From: Candidatus Bathyarchaeia archaeon
GTDB lineage: Archaea > Thermoproteota > Bathyarchaeia > TCS64
Length of the DNA: 43,347 bases
Direction: 5' to 3'
Assembly (NCBI GenBank): GCA_041489375.1
Contig: JBGPRA010000001.1
Location: 1-43,347 of the forward strand
Shown here: in pieces, positions 1 to 8,695 of the stretch
Layout: every line of letters starts with the position of its first letter
Position numbering within the stretch: the stretch's first letter is position 1
The notes under the pieces: generated by a model
Database searches by the model: none
What the model was told of the DNA's origin: nothing
What the model saw: the letters and a program-made list of their open reading frames with translations, nothing else
Translations under genes and position numbers: made by a program

Positions 1-309
1 GTCCACCAGTCCGGGGAGAGGACCCGGATTGGAGGCGTCTCCGGGCCGGGTAATAAGAGGCTCCGGTGGGCGTTGGTGGAGTCGGCTCAGACCGCTGTTC
101 GGCATGATGCTAGGTTGGGAGGTATGTTTGAGCGGGTGTCGAGGCGGAGGGGCGCTGGGTGTGCTGTGGTGGCTGTGGCTCACGAGATGGCCCGGATCAT
201 GTACTTCATGCTGGTGAGGGAGGAGCCGTATAGGGGCGAGAACAGGGGGTTGACGGAGAGAAAACTTAAGAGCATGAGTAAGAGAGCGTATGATGGCCTG
301 CGGAACTAA
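1..309 (+). CDS. IS110-family transposase, C-terminal fragment (5' end lies outside the window)
   Basis: Frame 1 is open from base 1: VHQSGERTRIGGVSGPGNKRLRWALVESAQTAVRHDARLGGMFERVSRRRGAGCAVVAVAHEMARIMYFMLVREEPY. This matches the conserved C-terminal block of IS110/IS116/IS902 transposases. Stop TAA at 307-309. A hand count of 61-120 gives 38/60 GC, well above neighbouring genes. Confidence 0.8.
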   Translation, partial: VHQSGERTRIGGVSGPGNKRLRWALVESAQTAVRHDARLGGMFERVSRRRGAGCAVVAVAHEMARIMYFMLVREEPYRGENRGLTERKLKSMSKRAYDGLRN

Positions 310-395
310 CTGGGATGCTGCCCGGGCACCGTGTGCTGAAAACGTTCTCATAGGAGCGCGCGCGATTATTTAGAAAGAATGCTCATGCGCAACTA

Positions 396-404
396 TTTTT
401 TTTT
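396..404 (+). terminator. T9 tract downstream of the transposase fragment
   Basis: Nine consecutive T at 396-404, about 90 nt after the stop. Oligo-T tracts act as archaeal termination signals. Confidence 0.3.
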
Positions 405-452
405 GGGGTTGCGACTATTATAAAACTACATACTTGAAAGATCTTCAACAGT

Positions 453-1532
453 TTACTTCCAGACATTTTTAAAGAGACTTACCCAGTTCTCGCCTAAAAT
501 TCCCTTTATCTCTTTATCAGAATATCCGCGCGCTACGAGGCCCTGGGTAAAGTTAGGCATGTGTTCGAGCCAACCATAGCCCCAGCTCTTATCCATCGCT
601 GTGTGGTAAGCGACATCGACCCTGCCAGGGTATTTCCATATATAGGCGCCTCGCGTGACTGAGTTCCTGTAGTCAAGATCGCTGCCAAAGCCAACATGCT
701 TTACGCCAACGAGCTTGACTACATAGTCGACTTGATCCATCAGGTCGTCGGTGAGGGTCGTGGGCTTTCCTGTCTTAGCGAAGAAAGGAGTCACGCCGAC
801 CACGCCACCCTTTTCTGTACAAGCCTTGAGAGCTTCGTCTGTGCGGCCGCGGCCTAGAGCGAGTTTCACGAACCTATCCCCACCAGCCCATTTCGCGTAT
901 GGGCTGAGGTCGCGGGGAGTCGTAGCCCTTGGGATGACGTGGGTGAAGCTCACTGGTTGCTTTGAGAGTTCAATCGCCTCCATTGTGCTCCTGTCACCAA
1001 CGTGACTGAGGTCGATGAGCATCCCTCTCTTGTTCATTGCCTCAACAAGGCTGACTCCAAAGTCTGTGAGACCGCCATCTACCCGGTCCCAACATCCATC
1101 CGCGGCGTCGCTTCGGTGGTAGCTGAGCTGTATGATCCTGACACCCATCTCCCAGGCGATCTCGAGGAAGGTTGTCTTTGCCTCAAGGAATAGGCTATCC
1201 TGAGGCCCGAGGATCAGGGCCGACTTCCCTTCCTTCTTAGCCTTCTCGATGTCTGCTGCCTTGCGGACTATGAGGGTCTTGTCCTTCTTCTTCTCCGCCC
1301 ATTCGTGAACTTCGGCGACCTCTCTCATAGCCTCACTTAGGGTCCTCTGCATGCAGACAGTGGCATTGCTCGCTGTCACCCCACCCTTCACCATATCATC
1401 CAGCATCAGGTCCTCCCCAACATAGTCGATGAATGCAACGATGCTTGCATCGATGACTATGCTCTCCCTGTGCAGTGCTTCAGCATGCGCCAACTCGTCT
1501 TTTGTTAACGATAGATAGCTTCTAGGAGTCAT
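453..1532 (-). CDS. Membrane dipeptidase (peptidase family M19)
   Basis: 359-aa ORF with M19-type blocks GGLTDFGVSLVEAMNKRGMLIDLSHV and HVGFGSDLDY. Stop TAA. Confidence 0.85.
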   Translation of the reverse strand: MTPRSYLSLTKDELAHAEALHRESIVIDASIVAFIDYVGEDLMLDDMVKGGVTASNATVCMQRTLSEAMREVAEVHEWAEKKKDKTLIVRKAADIEKAKKEGKSALILGPQDSLFLEAKTTFLEIAWEMGVRIIQLSYHRSDAADGCWDRVDGGLTDFGVSLVEAMNKRGMLIDLSHVGDRSTMEAIELSKQPVSFTHVIPRATTPRDLSPYAKWAGGDRFVKLALGRGRTDEALKACTEKGGVVGVTPFFAKTGKPTTLTDDLMDQVDYVVKLVGVKHVGFGSDLDYRNSVTRGAYIWKYPGRVDVAYHTAMDKSWGYGWLEHMPNFTQGLVARGYSDKEIKGILGENWVSLFKNVWK

Positions 1533-1671
1533 GAGGGATCAACGACGCGAGTGAATAAAAGAGGTCTCAACGTGGCACACGCATTTTCTGGTAGACGTGA
1601 TTAGAACATCAACACTATTACGGATACGTTTATTCACACCTAGTTTGCCTATGGTTTAATTCGAGCTGGGG

Positions 1672-2780
1672 TTGACCCTTATGAAGGTAGGAATATTCAT
1701 CCCGGTATACAAGGAGTCGGATCAGCTCGAGGCGCTCATCAAGACACTCATCACTGAACCCTACCCGGATAAGGAGATAGTCGTTTGCGTAGACGAGCCG
1801 ACACAGAAGACAAAGGCTACTATTGCAGAATTTGAACACATAGTAAAGTTTAGAGTTAGCTCGGAGAGACTCGGTAAGGTCACCGCCCTCAATAAGGCTG
1901 TTTATGAGACCCCCTGCGACACCCTCCTGTTCCTAGACAGCGACGTTGAGATCCGCTAGGAGGGATTCGTTAGGCAAGTTGTGGATGAGTTGAGCTCCTT
2001 TGACCTCATCGAGATAAAGAAGAAGGTAATTAGGGACTCGTTCATCGCGCGAATAGTTAACTACGACTACCTGAGTGCCAATTTCACCAACCTCCTCTTC
2101 TCAAATTACCTAGGTAGGTGCCTTGCCTTCAATGGCTCCGCCTTCGCCATCAAGAGAAGCGCGTGGGAGACACTCAACGGCTTCGGAAGGGAGATATGCG
2201 AGGACCTCGGAATGGCGACTCGCACATACATCGCAGGGCTCAAGTTTGGCTACGCTGAGGAAATCGAAGCGCATAACAAGGTCTCCCCTAGCTGGAGGGT
2301 CTGGATCAACTAAAGGAGGCGGTGGAGCACAGGCCAAGCCCACTGGTTGTAACGTCACTACAGAATGCTAGCGAGGAGTCTCCTCGAACACCCTAAGGTC
2401 TTGTTCGCTACCATTCTCATAATCTTCCCAAGCATACCGATGATGGCGGCCACATTCGCCTTCCCTGATACCCTCTGCGTCGACGCCATAAGCTTCAGCC
2501 TCATACTGCTGGCAGGTAGGAGATTACTCATCCTACCCCCCGTTGTAGCGATGCTCCTCGGCGTGGCAACTATCAAAGCCTTCAGCGTGGTGATCCTCCT
2601 TTTCACCGTGTTCTCGATGGTTTTCTATACTTCGCAAGGCGCCTTGGCTACGTATTCTCTCTTCCTGAATTCGTGTTTTTCTTCTTCGTCTACAACCCAT
2701 TATGGCTCACTATATCGATTGCGAGTCTTCTCCGTGTCATTATCTGGAAAAATGGCCTTAAAATCGACTGGAAGTTCTAG
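1672..2780 (+). pseudogene. Family-2 glycosyltransferase, inactivated by three in-frame stops and one frameshift
   Basis: Track ORFs 1672..1959, 1981..2313 and 2365..2802 are all in frame 1. They are separated only by TAG 1957-1959, TAA 2311-2313 and TAA 2350-2352. GT2 motifs are present: IFIPVYKES, LFLDSDVEI and WIN*RRRW, where the stop replaces the Q of the QxxRW motif. Near 2600-2625 the plausible C-terminus moves to frame 3 (LYFARRLGYVFSLPEFVFFFFVYNPLWLTISIASLLRVIIWKNGLKIDWKF, stop 2778-2780). Confidence 0.7.
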
Positions 2781-2798
2781 ACGAGGAGAGCCTATTTT

Positions 2799-4508
2799 TT
2801 AGCAGCCCACAGCCCGTGATTCGAAATTCGTAAGAGTCGTTGACACCCCGCCATGTAGCATCCTAGCATCCCTATCCCTGAGGACACCAACGGGACGAGC
2901 CCAACTTCTTAGCTCCTCATCCACCCAATCAAGGTCATAACCCGTAGCCCTTAGCCTGTCCCTCACCTCCGGAGAGAACCTACTGTCTATGAATAGGCGG
3001 CTTGTCTCCCTCGTGCACCTTGGAGCCTCAATTGCCTCCTGTATACTCATCTTGAAGTCAACGACGTGGAGGATGACTTGCAGAACAGCAACGGGGATGT
3101 TCCTCCCACCGGGAGCACCTGTAGCGAGAATTGCTTCGCCGTCTCTTAGCAGGATGATGGGGCAGACATTCTGTATCCTCCTCTTCCGCCCATCGATGGA
3201 GTTAGCGTGTCCAGGCTCTGGGTTTAGACCGTACATTGCGTTGTTCATTGTTATACCCGTCTTCGGAACGACGACCCCTGAACCAAACGTGTTTACAAGG
3301 GTTTGGTTGACGCAGACCATATTACCCGCTTTGTCAGCGACGGCTAAGGCGGTAGTATGGTCGGGCTCGAAGGGCCATGGCTCCCCGAATCCGATCTTAG
3401 TCGCCTTGTTGAGGCTTATCCGACGCCTCTGCGCCTCAGCGTATGCCTTCGACACAAGTGCCTTCTGCGGGACGTTGACGTAGCCGGGGTCACCCATGAA
3501 CTCAAACCTGTCTGCGAAGGCTAATCCGATGGCGTCCCCGACCAAATGAAGGTGCTCCACCGAGCCAAAACCGTAGCCAGGTAGATCGTAACCCTCCAAG
3601 ATGTTCAGCATCTCCACTAGTGTCGTTCCGGCGTGTGTAGGGTCATAGACCACATCGTTCCCCCTATAGCTACCGGGCTCGGGCTCTGAGACTATTGGCT
3701 CATAAATGGCGAGATCCTCTTGGCTGATCAGGCCACCATTCTTCGCCATCTCCTCAGCTATGGCGTCGGCTATCCACCCCTTATAAAAAGCGTCTGTCCC
3801 GCCTTCAGAGATCGCCCTCAAACTCTTAGCGAGATTCCTCTGGACGAACATCTCGGGCTTTTTCAAATCGTATGTGAATGGAAGATATGGAAACTGAGAG
3901 TCGTGCAGGAAAGTCCGCCTCCACTCTGGTAGGTGCCAGAAGGTCTTCATACCTTGGAAGATGTGGGCTGCTGTCCACCAGCCAACCGAGAAGCCCTCCT
4001 CTGCGACGCTGATAGCTGGGACCATTACCTCGGAAAGCTTCATAGTACCGTAGCGCTTAAGCGCCTCTGTTAGCCCTGCGACGGTTCCTGGAGTCACGCA
4101 TGCCTTGTGGCCAACGACATTAGCGTCTCCCTTGACGCTTCTCCATCCCATCCAGCCTGGCTCCTTCCTATCAGATAACTCATACATATCGGGCTTGCAA
4201 TCCTTCGAAGGTCTGCCAACGTAGTCGACTATGATGTTCTCCCCTTTAGCGAGGTGGATGGCCATGACGCCTTCACCACCTATGCCGTTCATGGCGGGCT
4301 CTACAACGCAGTCCATGAATGCAGCAGCAACCGCCGCATCTACGGCGTTACCGCCACGCTTGATCATCTTGCATCCTGCCTCACCAATTAGAGTGTGCTT
4401 CGAGGCGACCATCCCGTTGGAGGCGACACCATCGTGTCTCCCTGGGCCTCCCCAACGCCTTAGCTGGTAAATGAACTGAGAATCGGACATGATCAATAAT
4501 CTGTTCAA
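2799..4508 (-). CDS. ggt: Gamma-glutamyltranspeptidase
   Basis: 569-aa ORF. It has the autoprocessing/nucleophile block PDHTTALAVADKAGNMV, and also TGAPGGRNIP. An alternative start is MSDSQF at 4490. Confidence 0.9.
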   Translation of the reverse strand: MNRLLIMSDSQFIYQLRRWGGPGRHDGVASNGMVASKHTLIGEAGCKMIKRGGNAVDAAVAAAFMDCVVEPAMNGIGGEGVMAIHLAKGENIIVDYVGRPSKDCKPDMYELSDRKEPGWMGWRSVKGDANVVGHKACVTPGTVAGLTEALKRYGTMKLSEVMVPAISVAEEGFSVGWWTAAHIFQGMKTFWHLPEWRRTFLHDSQFPYLPFTYDLKKPEMFVQRNLAKSLRAISEGGTDAFYKGWIADAIAEEMAKNGGLISQEDLAIYEPIVSEPEPGSYRGNDVVYDPTHAGTTLVEMLNILEGYDLPGYGFGSVEHLHLVGDAIGLAFADRFEFMGDPGYVNVPQKALVSKAYAEAQRRRISLNKATKIGFGEPWPFEPDHTTALAVADKAGNMVCVNQTLVNTFGSGVVVPKTGITMNNAMYGLNPEPGHANSIDGRKRRIQNVCPIILLRDGEAILATGAPGGRNIPVAVLQVILHVVDFKMSIQEAIEAPRCTRETSRLFIDSRFSPEVRDRLRATGYDLDWVDEELRSWARPVGVLRDRDARMLHGGVSTTLTNFESRAVGC

Positions 4509-4572
4509 GTGTTTAAACTCCTTTCCGTGGTTGGGGTTAAGCTTGAATAGAGGTATTGTACATGGCTTACCT

Positions 4573-4899
4573 ATGTCTGAGAAGCTTCAGGAGTTCCTTG
4601 CAACAGGGAAGGACTGGGCGAAGGTCAAGACCACCGTCCCCGGCGTATTTATACAGAAGCTCCCATCCTACCACGGTCAGCCTCCCCGCCTCGCCATCGA
4701 GGTCAACCCCGTCGACGCATCTGGCGCACCAACGAAGAGGAAAGGCCTCCTCATCCGCGACGTCTCCGAATACGAAGAGTTCAAAGAGATACTCAGCAAC
4801 GAAAAGATGGAAACCGTCTTCGAGATGCTTGAAAAAGTCAACCCACCCACGTTAAAGAAACAGAAGGGTGGACTAGAGGACGACATCATAGACATCTAA
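4573..4899 (+). CDS. Hypothetical protein (about 108 aa)
   Basis: Uninterrupted ORF. I prefer the internal ATG at 4573 (MSEKLQEFLATGK), because the track start at 4489 overlaps the ggt start region. No motif recognised. Confidence 0.45.
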   Translation: MSEKLQEFLATGKDWAKVKTTVPGVFIQKLPSYHGQPPRLAIEVNPVDASGAPTKRKGLLIRDVSEYEEFKEILSNEKMETVFEMLEKVNPPTLKKQKGGLEDDIIDI

Positions 4900-4936
4900 C
4901 CCAAAACCTCTTCTCCTCACCATTCCCTCTACCTCC

Positions 4937-6022
4937 ATGAGCGAAAAAGACAGCCTGCTTGAGCTATTCTATCGCCTCGTGGAGGTTCAGGCGCCTTCCG
5001 GCTTCGAGGAGCCAATGATGAAGGCTTTCATCAATGAGATCACACCCTTCGTTGATGAGGTACATGGAACACCACGCGGGAATGTCATCGCGACCCAAAA
5101 TGGCACAGATTCTAAAGCACCAAAGGTCGCCCTCGTCGCACACCTCGACCAGATAGGCTTCATTGTCTTCAACGTCGACGCCTCAGGCTTTGTCCGGTTC
5201 AGGAAGATCGGCGGGAGTGTGACCCGTGCCATCCAGGGGCAGCACCTCCAGATTCTTACCGAGAAGGGACCAATCATCGGCGTAGTCGGGTTAAAGCCCG
5301 GCCACATAACAACTCCAGCCGAGGCTAATACTATCCCCCAGATCGAGGAGATGTACATAGACGTAGGCGCGCGTAGCAGGGATGAGGTCGAGGCGATGGG
5401 AGTGCAAAACGGGATCCCCATCAGCTATGCTAGTACCTCATTGAAGCTAGCTAACGGCCTCATCGCCAGCCCTAGCGTTGATGATCGCGTGGGCTGCGCC
5501 GCTCTAATACACATCGCTAAGACATTTTCTAAGAGACGCCCCAAGGCTACCGTCTACTACATCGGCTCCGTCGAAGAGGAGATTGGACTCAGGGGAGCAG
5601 CGACATGCTTATACGACCTCGACGTCGACCTGGCGGTAGCCGTTGACACATTCCCCGCGGGATACCAACCCGATGTCAACATGAGGGACCTATACTACGA
5701 GGTGGGAAATGGTGCAGGTCTTCACGTTGGCAATCAAGCAGACAGACTACGTATTCAGAGTCAGCAGGTTCTTAGATGGTTGAGGAAAACCGCGGAGGCC
5801 CACGATATCCCACATCAGGTTGGCATAACAAGCGGTAACAACGATGCTATAGAAATGATGCAGACAAGAAACGGCGTTCCCTCAGCAGCAATCGGCATCC
5901 CACGCCGCTACAGCCACAGCCCCATCGAAGTCTTCGCATACAGCGACCTTGAGAACCTCGTGAATATCGTCACTATTGCGATAAAAGAACTGAGCCCCAG
6001 CTTCACGACCATGCGCATTTGA
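4937..6022 (+). CDS. M42-family (TET/FrvX-like) aminopeptidase
   Basis: Blocks VALVAHLDQIGF, PSVDDRVGCAAL and GSVEEEIGLRGA are typical of the M42 metal-binding sites. Confidence 0.85.
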   Translation: MSEKDSLLELFYRLVEVQAPSGFEEPMMKAFINEITPFVDEVHGTPRGNVIATQNGTDSKAPKVALVAHLDQIGFIVFNVDASGFVRFRKIGGSVTRAIQGQHLQILTEKGPIIGVVGLKPGHITTPAEANTIPQIEEMYIDVGARSRDEVEAMGVQNGIPISYASTSLKLANGLIASPSVDDRVGCAALIHIAKTFSKRRPKATVYYIGSVEEEIGLRGAATCLYDLDVDLAVAVDTFPAGYQPDVNMRDLYYEVGNGAGLHVGNQADRLRIQSQQVLRWLRKTAEAHDIPHQVGITSGNNDAIEMMQTRNGVPSAAIGIPRRYSHSPIEVFAYSDLENLVNIVTIAIKELSPSFTTMRI

Positions 6023-6855
6023 CTGGAGAGAGTATGCGACCAGCTCAAGAGTTATGCAACAGTTTTCTACCCGAACGCGCTCAGTTCACATCGGTGAGAC
6101 CCTTGACCAATGCCCAACTACTCAGAATGACGGGATACTTACTGAAGGAGAATTACTTCGACAAGGCTGTGCTACCAGTTGGTTCGACGGAGTACCATGG
6201 TGAGCACCTTCCATTCGGAACGGATACACTCGTTGCAGATAGCCTAGCACAGGCAGTGTCACAACGAGTAGAGGGAATGCTCTGCCTCCCCGTCCTCCCA
6301 ATCGGGATGAGCCGCCACTACGCAAGCTTCCCCATCTCACTCACTCTGTCAACCGAGACGCTGATCCACGTTCTGAACGATGTGATCGACTCCCTAAATC
6401 AGCATGGTATCAGAAGGTTACTCATAGTAAACGGACATGATGGTAATATTCCCGCCATCGAGACTGCTTCACGTGAGTACAGATTTGATCACCCAGAGAT
6501 GAAAATTGCCGCTCTCGACTCATGGTGGGTCACAGCGACGGAGCTACTTCCCGAGGGGACCTTCGAGGTTTGGGATGGGCTCGGCCACGCTGGCGAAGGA
6601 GAGACAAGCATTATGCTCAAAGTGGCGCCGGAACTAGTCAATATGAGCAAGGCGAGAGGTCACGTACCTAGCCTCCCCAAGCACGTCGGCGTCAAGTGGC
6701 TATTCAAGGAGATAACCCCGTATGGTGTCACGGGTGATCCCACGAAGGCCACTTCCGAGAAGGGCATACTAATGTGGAATGCTCTCGTCGACCACCTTGT
6801 ATCCTTTATACATGATATGGATGAGGCGGGATGGGTAGTCGATAAAGAGACCTAA
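6019..6855 (+). CDS. Creatininase-family amidohydrolase
   Basis: The AVLPVGSTEYHGEHLPFGTDTLVA signature is present. The TTG start overlaps the M42 stop (TTGA). An alternative ATG at 6127 gives a family-typical length of about 243 aa. Confidence 0.8.
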   Translation: MTGESMRPAQELCNSFLPERAQFTSVRPLTNAQLLRMTGYLLKENYFDKAVLPVGSTEYHGEHLPFGTDTLVADSLAQAVSQRVEGMLCLPVLPIGMSRHYASFPISLTLSTETLIHVLNDVIDSLNQHGIRRLLIVNGHDGNIPAIETASREYRFDHPEMKIAALDSWWVTATELLPEGTFEVWDGLGHAGEGETSIMLKVAPELVNMSKARGHVPSLPKHVGVKWLFKEITPYGVTGDPTKATSEKGILMWNALVDHLVSFIHDMDEAGWVVDKET

Positions 6856-6918
6856 CCACTCTATAACGGTAGCGCAGGTGTTTTATTGCGAACTCCATAA
6901 ACGCTAAGCGGGATAACA

Positions 6919-8100
6919 TTGAAAGTGCTCGTACTGGGCACCGGAAAGATGGGCTATGGTCTCCTGAAGGACCTCGTAGCCCAGAAAGAGGTTGAAGAAG
7001 TCGTCGCCGCTGACGCAAACGTCGAAGCAGCAAAGAATGTCGCTAAGAGGGTCAGCAGCGAAAAGGTGAAGAGCTGTGAGAAACTCGACGTCACCGATAA
7101 GAAGGCGACTGTGAAGCTCATTAAGGGCTTTGACGTGGTCGCTGCCGCGATCCCTAGGACGTTCTGCGACCAAGCCATCTCCGCCACCATCGAAGCGGGT
7201 GTAAGCTGGGCGGACATCGCCGCTGACTTCAACATGGTCTTTAGCCTAAATGACTCAGCTAAGAAGGCTGGAGTGACTGTGGTCCCCCACATTGGCCTCG
7301 ATGTTGGCACTGACAGAGTTCTACTAGGCGTGGGCTCCCGTAAGCTCGATAAGGTCGAGAAGCTCTATGTTGCTTGTGGCGGCTTCCCTCAGAAGGGGAC
7401 ACCCGGCTACTACAATCCCCTCAACTACAAGATCAGCTGGAGTTGGCCCTTCGCTATCTCCGGCAGTCTAGGCACATGTAAGATACTTAAGAACGGCAAG
7501 ATCGTCGAGGTCAAGGTCCTCAGCGATCCTACTCCCATCGAGTTCCCGGAGCCCTTAGGTAGATTGGAAGCGTTCACAAACAGCGGCCTAATGGACACTG
7601 TGGAGCATCTCGGCCTCAAGGGTGTGACGGGTGCCTACGGGCAGACGATTAGATGGCCGGGTCACTGCGAATTGTGGACGAAACTTAAAGATCTACACCT
7701 AATGGACAAGGATCCGTTGATGATTAAGGGCGTCAACGTTAGTCCCTTCGACTTTTGGGTGGCGCTCGGCGACAAGTACCTCCAATACGATGCCGACGAG
7801 GGTGACGCAATCTGCCAGCGCGTTATCGTCAGTGGGAAGAAGGACAGCGCCACCGCGGCTTATACATACGAGTTCGTCGAGTTCCAAGATTTCAAGAACG
7901 GCCTTTCCGCTATGGCGAAGACGACAACTTCCCCCTGCAGCATCGTCGCGCAGATGATCGCTAAAGGCCAGATGAATAAACCCGGCGTAATCCACCCAGC
8001 AAAGATTGGCTATGATGAGAAGCTCTCCAATATCTTCTTCGCCCAGATGGCGAGGAGAGACATAAAAATAACCGAGAGTTTCACAAGCCCCTTCAACTAG
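6919..8100 (+). CDS. Saccharopine dehydrogenase-family oxidoreductase
   Basis: N-terminal Rossmann motif KVLVLGTGKMGYGLLKDL. Length and overall layout fit the saccharopine/lysine dehydrogenase family. TTG/GTG start. Confidence 0.75.
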   Translation: MKVLVLGTGKMGYGLLKDLVAQKEVEEVVAADANVEAAKNVAKRVSSEKVKSCEKLDVTDKKATVKLIKGFDVVAAAIPRTFCDQAISATIEAGVSWADIAADFNMVFSLNDSAKKAGVTVVPHIGLDVGTDRVLLGVGSRKLDKVEKLYVACGGFPQKGTPGYYNPLNYKISWSWPFAISGSLGTCKILKNGKIVEVKVLSDPTPIEFPEPLGRLEAFTNSGLMDTVEHLGLKGVTGAYGQTIRWPGHCELWTKLKDLHLMDKDPLMIKGVNVSPFDFWVALGDKYLQYDADEGDAICQRVIVSGKKDSATAAYTYEFVEFQDFKNGLSAMAKTTTSPCSIVAQMIAKGQMNKPGVIHPAKIGYDEKLSNIFFAQMARRDIKITESFTSPFN

Positions 8101-8420
8101 GCTCTCTCAAATCCTTTTAGGTAACTCTCGATTGCCACATAGACTCCCATGGTCTACTTTTTATGAATGGTCCAGATAACTATGAGTAACAAGAGGTCAA
8201 AGGATGGTATCCAGCGCGCGCAATTTAGTGTATCCCTCGAGTTTCTCTTTTTCGATGTAGTACCAAAGTTGATATAACACCATTCAAGTTCATCTCTAGT
8301 TTTTTGGTTTGGCTCCACTCTTGGAGCCACGTGAATAATTGGCGGGCTAAGATTTATTGATTGTTATAACTTTTGAGTTAAGGTGTGTGATTTCGTGATT
8401 ATGCAAGAAGTAAATAGCCC

Positions 8421-8444
8421 TATCTTCACTTCCGCCTGATACTC
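8421..8444 (+). repeat. 24-nt motif, copy A (TATCTTCACTTCCGCCTGATACTC)
   Basis: 20/24 identical to copy C. Non-coding, within the low-GC island. Confidence 0.6.
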
Positions 8445-8501
8445 GAAAAATCTTAACCCAAAGTGAATTTGGTATAAGCCTCATCTTACGTGCAATCATC
8501 T

Positions 8502-8525
8502 TATCCTGAGTCCCACCTGAGAATT
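8502..8525 (+). repeat. 24-nt motif, copy B (TATCCTGAGTCCCACCTGAGAATT)
   Basis: 18/24 identical to copy D, and starts 81 nt after copy A. It is followed at 8557-8570 by GGTTTACGTGCACG, which resembles the block after copy C. Confidence 0.6.
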
Positions 8526-8695
8526 GAAGTAAATGTGCAATTTGTATGTGGTATTTGGTTTACGTGCACGCCATATATTAGAACCTAATCTTCTTTTCAG
8601 CGAATATGTGATCAACCGCATGCTCTAGTCTCTGTTTGAGCGCGCTTGACCTAAGCCTTAGCTATTAATATGTGCACACGAAAATTAGTTAAACA

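Noticed and set aside
1957-2352. Stop-codon reassignment (TAA/TAG read as Gln) as an explanation for the in-frame stops in the glycosyltransferase
   Set aside because: Neighbouring intact genes end at TAA (dipeptidase at 453-455, ggt at 2799-2801, rpl40e) or TAG (GT2 at 15405-15407), at positions matching normal protein lengths. The same gene also carries a frameshift. Pseudogenisation is the simpler reading.
4489-4572. Upstream extension of the hypothetical ORF to the track start at 4489
   Set aside because: The extension would overlap the ggt start region, and its sequence (MINNLFKCLNSFPWLGLSLNRGIVHGLP) does not look like part of a protein. The ATG at 4573 gives a clean divergent arrangement.
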